Part shown: positions 38,547-46,075 of the stretch, one piece after another
Numbering within the stretch: the stretch's first letter is position 1
Layout: each line of letters begins with the position of its first letter
Sequence record: MT701590.1
Length of the DNA stretch: 64,000 bases
Source of the DNA: Klebsiella phage Miami
Reading direction: 5' to 3' (one strand)
Translations under genes and position numbers: made by a program
The notes under the pieces: generated by a model
Seen by the model: only the letters and a program-made list of their open reading frames with translations
Database searches by the model: none
Told to the model about the DNA's origin: nothing

Positions 38547-39569
38547 ATGAGTCTTTCGTCTTACGGCACGCAAAATGCCTTATCTTATCAGTTATTTAAT
38601 AACACGAGCAAGGAGCTCTTGCTACGTAATAACGGCGGAATGAACAATATTATATCCGCGTGTCCTAAAAGCGGATATAATAACACTATTGTTCTGCGGG
38701 TTACGCTTACTGTACATAATGTTCACAATGTATTATTTGATTTGGAAGGCATGACCAACGCTTTAGATAGGGAGATCGCAACTGAATTCATCACTCAGTT
38801 AAATGCCCGTAAGAAGAACGACTTTGTTTATTTAGAAATTAACGACACCATTTGTATGACACACACAGTCACCCTAGGGCAACGTCACGCGAGTGGATTA
38901 AAAAATGAAATTAAAAGTGACCTGCTCAATTTCACTTTAAGTCAAGAGGTCAATAAGTATAAAGACAGGTTCGTTGGTAAGACCGCAACCGCAATCACCC
39001 AAGAGATAAAAAATGATTTAACTGAAGAAGAATCAGAAAACCTCATTGTGTGTATGAGAGTTAATGATCCCCTTTCCATTGTAAATAATCTCTGGACCAC
39101 AGCGGGCGGTGAAGCAGTTTTAATACCGAAAACTACCAATGAAGACGAACCAGCGGGCCTGTATATTGTGAAAGGTCATAACGCTTATAACCGTGGAAGT
39201 GAATATCATGATATCGCTAAGTGCAGTAAGGAATTCCTTAACGCACTAGGGGTTTATCACAGTAAACACGAAGCCGATATTGGCGGTAACAGTAAATTGT
39301 TACACGACCTTACATCTAAAGTATCAGAAATGAAGAAATCCACTGAGAAAGCTCAACGGGAACTAAACACCGCAGAAGTTAAAGCAACCACTCTAAATAA
39401 TCGGTTGGAGCATGCAAAGATGGTGCAACTGTTCGATAAAGAACGGGCTAAGTTCAAGGAAGATATATCCAAAAGCGCGAATACCGGTAGTGGATGGGGG
39501 GATGCATTTAAATCTGCAGGGGGGTTCTTGTCGACGCTGTTCTCGATATTTAAACTCCTTCCCATTTAA
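38547..39569 (+). CDS. hypothetical AT-rich protein with C-terminal coiled coil and hydrophobic tail
   Basis: 340-aa ORF, visibly AT-richer than its flanks, with its own upstream region. C-terminus '..GGFLSTLFSIFKLLPI'. Confidence 0.45.
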   Translation: MSLSSYGTQNALSYQLFNNTSKELLLRNNGGMNNIISACPKSGYNNTIVLRVTLTVHNVHNVLFDLEGMTNALDREIATEFITQLNARKKNDFVYLEINDTICMTHTVTLGQRHASGLKNEIKSDLLNFTLSQEVNKYKDRFVGKTATAITQEIKNDLTEEESENLIVCMRVNDPLSIVNNLWTTAGGEAVLIPKTTNEDEPAGLYIVKGHNAYNRGSEYHDIAKCSKEFLNALGVYHSKHEADIGGNSKLLHDLTSKVSEMKKSTEKAQRELNTAEVKATTLNNRLEHAKMVQLFDKERAKFKEDISKSANTGSGWGDAFKSAGGFLSTLFSIFKLLPI

Positions 39570-39580
39570 CAAGGTGCGAC

Positions 39581-41251
39581 ATGGATCCTAAGTTACTGAA
39601 AGCGGTATCGGCTACGATGCCTAAGTTTAATGAAACGATAGCTTCAGGTTTCCATCAACGAGAATTTGAGCAAATACATAAACGTTATGAATATCTTTTA
39701 AGAATGACGTTTGAACCCATTGAAAAGAAAGGAGTATGGTTTGTTGGCGTCAGGTCGGTACGACCTCATGAAATGTATAACGTCATCGCGAAGAACACAC
39801 AGCAGAAAACCTTTGAAACAAACAAAGAAAGTCTTTATCCGGTTAAACTCGTCTTTAAATACGGGATGGATAAAAATACTGCCAGGGAGATGGATCCTGT
39901 TTACGTACTCCTTCCGTTCTGTGATCGGTATGGGGATGTTTGGATCAGGGGAAGTCAATACAGCTTACAGATCGTCCTCGCTGACCGAGGGTTGAGCGTC
40001 ACTAAAGACGATCAGATCTTCGTAAGGCTCCTGGGATATAAATTCAAAGTAGGAACTGAGCAATATGAATACACTCAGATCCACAATGAAATAAATCCTG
40101 TCAGGGAAACTAACCTTCCTATTAACCTTCCGGCTAACCGCTTCTACGTGGCCAGTGAAGCACGTCGTCCAAACCCAACTAAAACCCCCACACCTTTATT
40201 GGCGTGGTATGTGTTTGCGGAGTATGGTTTTAGCGAAACCATGCGTAAGTTTGGGGAATGCGATTATGCGATAGGTGATCGTGATGCGATCATTCAGCAA
40301 TATAGTGAAGATAAAGGTTGGAAGCTGTTTGGCAGTAAAGGATTGGCGATTGGCAAAAGTATCACGCCATATGTGAATTGCGGGTTAGCTATAGCGGCTA
40401 AACCATTAAACGAAAAACGAAGAGGGGAAATACCTAACGTTGCACAACAGTATATTGCGGCATTGCTTTATCTGTGTGATGTTGGCGGAGAATTTATTGA
40501 TTTGGATAAACTCGACGATAAATATTTTTGGCGTATGATGGTCGGACACGCCAGTATTAAAGCCGGAGGAAATCTCACCCATTTGGAAAAACAGATGGCG
40601 GATCACTTCGATTCCATGAACGAAGGTTTAGACCAAACAAGTATCCAACGATTCGCTGAGCAACGAATTGTGGTTAAAGATCGTTATGAATTGTTTAATT
40701 ACATCATAGCGAACCGGGCTGAAATCGTTAAGACTTCCGATAAAGCCAATATGTTACATAAAGAAATTAGTTCTAGTGAGTTCACATTAGACAAACTGAT
40801 TACTGCGGCTAACCGCTTTAAACACGACGTCAAAAACACAACAGAACTCAACTATGAACGTGTTAAGTCATTCATGTCATCTCATTTCAAATTACGCGAT
40901 ATCGAATCGGCTGCTTGGGAATCTAACATGATCCAAGAAGCTACGCCGACAGATTGCCCTATCGCCGATTATGGCTTTGGGGTGATGTCTCAGGCGAAAG
41001 TATTCGGTCCTCGTAATAACGGGAGAAACAGTGACTTTAACCCCAACGATCCCGCTAACTGCATACATGGCTCTGTACCTTTTGTGATGAGTTTCCAACG
41101 GGTAACTAAACCCGACCCAAACGCTTGCGGATTCTTAGCCCCCTGCGTGTATTTGATCAACGACAAATACTTGGGACTCAGACCAGAAGATGTGGAACTG
41201 TACGAAGCCACTGTGAGCAGACTTACTAAGTCTGAGGTTAAAATTAAATGA
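39581..41251 (+). CDS. hypothetical protein
   Basis: 556-aa ORF. Confidence 0.5.
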   Translation: MDPKLLKAVSATMPKFNETIASGFHQREFEQIHKRYEYLLRMTFEPIEKKGVWFVGVRSVRPHEMYNVIAKNTQQKTFETNKESLYPVKLVFKYGMDKNTAREMDPVYVLLPFCDRYGDVWIRGSQYSLQIVLADRGLSVTKDDQIFVRLLGYKFKVGTEQYEYTQIHNEINPVRETNLPINLPANRFYVASEARRPNPTKTPTPLLAWYVFAEYGFSETMRKFGECDYAIGDRDAIIQQYSEDKGWKLFGSKGLAIGKSITPYVNCGLAIAAKPLNEKRRGEIPNVAQQYIAALLYLCDVGGEFIDLDKLDDKYFWRMMVGHASIKAGGNLTHLEKQMADHFDSMNEGLDQTSIQRFAEQRIVVKDRYELFNYIIANRAEIVKTSDKANMLHKEISSSEFTLDKLITAANRFKHDVKNTTELNYERVKSFMSSHFKLRDIESAAWESNMIQEATPTDCPIADYGFGVMSQAKVFGPRNNGRNSDFNPNDPANCIHGSVPFVMSFQRVTKPDPNACGFLAPCVYLINDKYLGLRPEDVELYEATVSRLTKSEVKIK

Positions 41252-43641
41252 GCAGCATTCGCCCTACCAATCGCGGTAATGGAGTGAGTATTCCTAACGA
41301 AGATCCGAGCATGGGTAATGGTTTCGGTTCACTGGCTACAGGAATGCAACAAAATAGCATGTACGGTCAACCGCAACAAATGTTTGATCCGTCTGCGATG
41401 ATGAAAATGATTTCAACAGGAGGTATGAGCAATAACCCAGCCTCCGGCGGTTGGGATTGGTCGAACGTAGATAGGCCGAAAAACCCTAATGCTGCATTCT
41501 TGGATGAGTTTTTAGGGCATCAGGAAGATGAACTCGAGCACGCGTTGAAAATGGAAGCGCAAGCTTACGCAACTAAATTCGCAGCGCGTATTATCAACGA
41601 CATTAAAACGAGAAACACAAGCGGGTATTATAAGTTCTTCCTTAACGCGTATAATATCTTTGCACTGGTCCCCGACGCCCCTCCTATGATGTGTCCTATC
41701 AGGGGGCGGTTCATAGAGGTTATCAAGAATACTCAGGCGGCGCAGTTGCGTATTGCGGGCCGTGGTGTGACATTCGGTGGTCGTGATTTCGCTTTACAGA
41801 TCATGGCGCAGAATCCACTTGATCAACGTCTGGTAGAAAACCTCTTCAGTACTGGTATTGCGAACGCCATGTTTTTAGAAATGGTGGATTGGTTTGCTAA
41901 AACGGCTGATGGCAGAGACGCATATAGCAAGCTAACTAATGAACTTAAGTTGACATTGACTAAATTACCTAAGTTCATTACTTACGCAGCGGAATGCTTC
42001 CAGTTCTTCAATATGGATAGCCCGTATAATGACCTGAGTCCAGTCCCTAAAACTTCCCCAAACCCAGATCAGAACATGAGTCAGTATGTGGTCAGATCGA
42101 CGTCAGGGAGTGGAGCGGAGTGGTTAGGGTTCCAGCATTCTACAGAATCTCAACAGCAGAAGGAGATCAGGGAGATCAACGAATGGGTAGCGAATAATCT
42201 TCGCCAACGCCAAGAGTACCAATACCAGCAAGCCCAGCAACAAACTCCCGACGCGGCATATTGGTGTGGTCAGCAGACTCAGCAACAGTATAGTTTTGGG
42301 GAACTTCATACTAAACGTGTTGATTTCGAAAACGTTAATCCCGATAACGTGGCGGATTTCTCTTTAGAGAACTTCAAACGTATCCCGGGGACAGATAAAT
42401 ACGTTGTCGATGAAACCACTTGGAGTTATTTCTCCAAGGCGTTCAAACGAGCCTATCGTCCCTATGGTGAACTTTTTGCCGGAACATACGGAATACGAGT
42501 CGTCAAGATCAATTTCGAGCTCAACGACGGTTGGGTGGACAATGTTCTGTTTATAGAAGGAGTGACTCCAGCCATGGCTTTAGCCAACCCAGCGATGCTA
42601 CTTCCGCATCTCGAGACTGACCAGCAAGGCAACGTGGTCATCGTCGATGAAGTGGTCCTACCAAAAGAGAAGGACGAAGAAACTGGCATTGAAATGGTTC
42701 CGTTACAGAAAGTTAAAGTGATGGAACACGCCCCGACAGCGGTTGTTGTTCCCGAGGTTGTCACAGGTGATAGCTTTGGAAATATCGAGACCGTAATCGA
42801 CACCATGTTCGATACCGTTAAACCGTCAACATCCGGATTGTTCGGTGTTGCCATCCCGGTAGAGAACTGGAAACGTTTCTTCGTAGAAGACAGCACAATC
42901 GTAGAAGAAATCTACCTTCGTTTACCTTGGCTGGTTAAAGGTAACGGCGGCGGTACTCCACCTACGTTCTTTGATTTCGTTTCAGAGATACAAAAGACGA
43001 TGGATCATTATATCGGTTGTGATGAACTTCGTGGATTTGTTGAAACTCATATCACTGACACGGTTAACCGTTGGTTGGTTGATACGAGAGGTTACGGCGG
43101 CAATCGTGACGATCAATATCGCTTCAGAATTAATGGGATCTTCAGCAATCTCAAGAATCTGATTAATCACTTAGAGAAAAACGATCCCGACACGTTCAGT
43201 GTTTTGATCGATCCTAAGCGGTTTAAGCGACTCTTTACTAAGTGTAAACTGTTTGCACCGCGTGAGACACGTTCAGCGCTCTTGAATGGCGCTCTGCCGA
43301 GTTCTCCAACTCAGGCTGCGATAGCTAAGGAAAATGATAAGAAAGCTATGGTCGTCCTTACAGACGTCGTAGTGACCCGTATCGGCAATATCCTCGCACC
43401 TAATACACAAAAGACCGTTATCAACGTAAAACGTTCAGCGTTCCCAGAGATGTTCTCTTTAATCGAACGTTCATTTGGGAAAACCTCCGATCTGTTACCA
43501 GAAGGTGTTGAACAGGTACTGTCTTTTGTCAGTGACGATAGTCTTTGGACTTTCAACACATCAGGATTTGATTCCAACGTCGCAGTTATGCGTAAGGTAC
43601 CCAGAACCCAAGGCATGCTTAATTTTAAATTAATTGAATAA
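41248..43641 (+). CDS. large hypothetical virion-type protein with Q/N/G-rich N-terminus
   Basis: 797 aa, ATGA-coupled to the upstream gene. N-terminal ~90 aa low-complexity (GNG, QQ, MM, SGG). Confidence 0.5.
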   Translation: MSSIRPTNRGNGVSIPNEDPSMGNGFGSLATGMQQNSMYGQPQQMFDPSAMMKMISTGGMSNNPASGGWDWSNVDRPKNPNAAFLDEFLGHQEDELEHALKMEAQAYATKFAARIINDIKTRNTSGYYKFFLNAYNIFALVPDAPPMMCPIRGRFIEVIKNTQAAQLRIAGRGVTFGGRDFALQIMAQNPLDQRLVENLFSTGIANAMFLEMVDWFAKTADGRDAYSKLTNELKLTLTKLPKFITYAAECFQFFNMDSPYNDLSPVPKTSPNPDQNMSQYVVRSTSGSGAEWLGFQHSTESQQQKEIREINEWVANNLRQRQEYQYQQAQQQTPDAAYWCGQQTQQQYSFGELHTKRVDFENVNPDNVADFSLENFKRIPGTDKYVVDETTWSYFSKAFKRAYRPYGELFAGTYGIRVVKINFELNDGWVDNVLFIEGVTPAMALANPAMLLPHLETDQQGNVVIVDEVVLPKEKDEETGIEMVPLQKVKVMEHAPTAVVVPEVVTGDSFGNIETVIDTMFDTVKPSTSGLFGVAIPVENWKRFFVEDSTIVEEIYLRLPWLVKGNGGGTPPTFFDFVSEIQKTMDHYIGCDELRGFVETHITDTVNRWLVDTRGYGGNRDDQYRFRINGIFSNLKNLINHLEKNDPDTFSVLIDPKRFKRLFTKCKLFAPRETRSALLNGALPSSPTQAAIAKENDKKAMVVLTDVVVTRIGNILAPNTQKTVINVKRSAFPEMFSLIERSFGKTSDLLPEGVEQVLSFVSDDSLWTFNTSGFDSNVAVMRKVPRTQGMLNFKLIE

Positions 43642-43749
43642 CCCCACCATCCTAGAACCATTTAATCGATTAAGTAGTTACTATCGGATATCCTTCCTTA
43701 ACGGGAGGGTATCCCTTAATAACCATTTCCCACAAAAAAGGAATACGAA

Positions 43750-44385
43750 ATGAATCGTCCAATTTTTAAAATTAGTCAGCACGCGCAGTTGTCGATCCCG
43801 GCCCTCATCGATGTTACAGAAAATGAAGCGGAATGCTCGTCACTTGTTTACGGCCTCCATCCTTCCATGACCGGGGTATTCTCTGAACGCCAGAAGGATT
43901 CAATGGCAGAGAGTCTTTACCTAATGGGTCAGTACGCCGAAATCATTCCCAGGAATAAGCCGGAGTGTACGATTGATTATCATCCCATCACTAACGAGCA
44001 TTACCTTAAATCGTTTAAACATTATTACGAAGCATGGGTTGCTTTGGGTAGAGATGAAGTGGTGATGCAGGGAGCTACTGTTAGGGTTTCGTCGTTTTTA
44101 TTATTAAGGACTATGTTCAATGGGGTCATAGGAATTCTACCTTATCTCGACCCCAAAGGACATCGGATGCAAGCAAAGGAATACGCTAAATTAGACGATT
44201 TGGTTAAACTGACCTACGGCGTGCCCGCTGGGTCATTCTCGGCGACCCCCGATTACCAGGTTGTTCCTAAAATAGAGGTGCGGGAACAGATCGTGATGAG
44301 TTTTACTGACAAATACGGTAATGCAATCACCATCACCGGGAACGACAGAGAAAAGATGATCGAACAGATAGAAAAATTAAAGTAA
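43750..44385 (+). CDS. hypothetical protein
   Basis: 211-aa ORF, followed by a terminator. Confidence 0.45.
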   Translation: MNRPIFKISQHAQLSIPALIDVTENEAECSSLVYGLHPSMTGVFSERQKDSMAESLYLMGQYAEIIPRNKPECTIDYHPITNEHYLKSFKHYYEAWVALGRDEVVMQGATVRVSSFLLLRTMFNGVIGILPYLDPKGHRMQAKEYAKLDDLVKLTYGVPAGSFSATPDYQVVPKIEVREQIVMSFTDKYGNAITITGNDREKMIEQIEKLK

Positions 44386-44390
44386 TCGTC

Positions 44391-44423
44391 TTCCCTACCA
44401 CTCCTTAACTGGGGTGGTAGGGA
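44391..44423 (+). terminator. rho-independent terminator
   Basis: CCCTACCAC-tccttaact-GTGGTAGGG hairpin. Confidence 0.45.
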
Positions 44424-44527
44424 GTAAGAAAGCTTTAATTTTTTAACATGAAGATTTTTATAAGTCGATATCATTCAGGTGTATAAACAACAAGTATTTT
44501 AATTCTTATTCACTAAAGAGGTCCAAA

Positions 44528-45100
44528 ATGGAAATTCGTAAAGATATGATCAATGAAATCGCTGCTCGTATCATCTCTGGTTGCAACGACGTGGAAGCCA
44601 GTGTCCGCGAAAAGCTGCTGCGTAATTTGGTTAATGGTGAGATCTGGCAGTTCGAGCTCAATGAAACTGAGCAAGCGGAACTGATCGCGATCGTAAGCAA
44701 AGAGTTCGGTATTTCCGATCTGGTCTACGTCGAACCGCAGAAAAACATTTCTGAAGAAGATGTCGCCAAAGTCGCCGCCAGTGTTAACGGGCATGTCGAA
44801 CACAAATATCTGAATCTGCGAAATGCGATGGCGGTCGGTGCAGTACTCGGTGCTGGCGCGGCCATCTTAAAAGAAGGTGCGAACGCAATTAATGCCGGCG
44901 CTGGTGTGGTCGGCGCTGCTGTTTCTTACGGCGTGGGTTATCTGGCTGACAAGAAACAGATCGGTATGGGTAATCAGTACGCTGATGTCGCGGCAGGTAT
45001 TGTTGCCGGTGGCGTTATCGGTGGCGGCGCTGTATTTGGCGCGGGCTTTGTCGCCAAACGTTTCTTCAGCAATGAAGAAGTTGAAGTTGTTGCAGAGTAA
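44528..45100 (+). CDS. glycine-zipper membrane protein, paralog 1
   Basis: AAGAGG RBS. Hydrophilic N-terminal 100 aa, then two GxxxG/AxxxG-rich hydrophobic segments 'AVGAVLGAGAAIL..GAGVVGAAVSYGVGYLADKK' and 'VAAGIVAGGVIGGGAVFGAGFV'. Highly expressed codon usage. Confidence 0.55.
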   Translation: MEIRKDMINEIAARIISGCNDVEASVREKLLRNLVNGEIWQFELNETEQAELIAIVSKEFGISDLVYVEPQKNISEEDVAKVAASVNGHVEHKYLNLRNAMAVGAVLGAGAAILKEGANAINAGAGVVGAAVSYGVGYLADKKQIGMGNQYADVAAGIVAGGVIGGGAVFGAGFVAKRFFSNEEVEVVAE

Positions 45101-45163
45101 TAAACGCATCTGAAATATCCGATGCATCTTAAATTAAACTATCAATAGTAAGGAAATACGATC

Positions 45164-45556
45164 ATGAAAAAAGAAAACACTGAACTGACTGGCGCTGAAC
45201 TCGACGAAGCTAAAGCAATGCTGGCTGTTGATGCAGAAACTTCCCTGTTCGACGACATCTGTGAAAAACTCGGTGGCTACGTAGCTACCGACAAACAGAA
45301 AAGCCACGTGAAAGCCGCAGTGATCGGTGGTGTTATCGGCACCGCTCTGAGCATGGCGACCAAACCGTCGGTCGGGACACTGGTCGGTGGCGTGGTTGGT
45401 ACCGCAGGCGGAGCTTATATCGGTAGCCGTCTCGCCGATGATCTGAGCGATCGTTTCATTGACAAACTACTCACCGGTGACATCGGCTTCGTGTGTAGCG
45501 CTATCGGCGCATCCATCGGCGGGGCATTAACCCCGAGCAAAGTCGAAGCGGACTAA
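45164..45556 (+). CDS. glycine-zipper membrane protein, paralog 2
   Basis: 'AAVIGGVIGTALSMATKPSVGTLVGGVVGTAGGAYIGSRLADD', and 'GFVCSAIGASIGGAL'. Confidence 0.55.
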   Translation: MKKENTELTGAELDEAKAMLAVDAETSLFDDICEKLGGYVATDKQKSHVKAAVIGGVIGTALSMATKPSVGTLVGGVVGTAGGAYIGSRLADDLSDRFIDKLLTGDIGFVCSAIGASIGGALTPSKVEAD

Positions 45557-45624
45557 ATCATCCAGTTCGTTCCACTATCGTTAAATTTTAGGCAACTCAA
45601 CATCAAAACGTAAGAGGTAATATC

Positions 45625-46020
45625 ATGGATATGGCAAACAAACCTGCAGTTAACAAAGCTACCTTGTCAGAAGAAGAAATTCTGAAAATGCTGGCTGGTC
45701 ACAAATCCACCGATGCCAACTATCGCGTTGGTCGAATCGCTGGTGTGCTGGGCGCAGTCGTCGGCGGCGCACATCGCACTATCACTCAAGGCATCAAACC
45801 ATCAACTGTCGTCGGCGCAGTCGTCGGCGGATTAGTTGGATACAAAACCGGCAAGCTTGCGGATGGCTTCAGTGGCCTGACGGGAACGCATTCCCCGATC
45901 GCAGATGTCGGCGCATTCACGGCAGGTTACGGCGTGACTCTGGGCATGAGCGCCCTGGCGGCCACCTTCGATCAGTACATCACACCGCTGTACGAATCAG
46001 AAGAAGAAACCGAAGAATAA
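45625..46020 (+). CDS. glycine-zipper membrane protein, paralog 3
   Basis: 'IAGVLGAVVGGAHRTITQGIKPSTVVGAVVGGLVGYKTGKLADGF'. Shares the KPS..VGG.VG.Y.G..LAD core with paralog 2. Confidence 0.55.
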   Translation: MDMANKPAVNKATLSEEEILKMLAGHKSTDANYRVGRIAGVLGAVVGGAHRTITQGIKPSTVVGAVVGGLVGYKTGKLADGFSGLTGTHSPIADVGAFTAGYGVTLGMSALAATFDQYITPLYESEEETEE

Positions 46021-46026
46021 GAAAGT

Positions 46027-46075
46027 TAACTCCTCTACCCTTACGGGTAGAGGAGTTACTTAATTACTTATTTTT
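46027..46075. terminator. bidirectional terminator
   Basis: TAACTCCTCTACCC-ttac-GGGTAGAGGAGTTA, then a T7 run. Between convergent genes. Confidence 0.6.
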
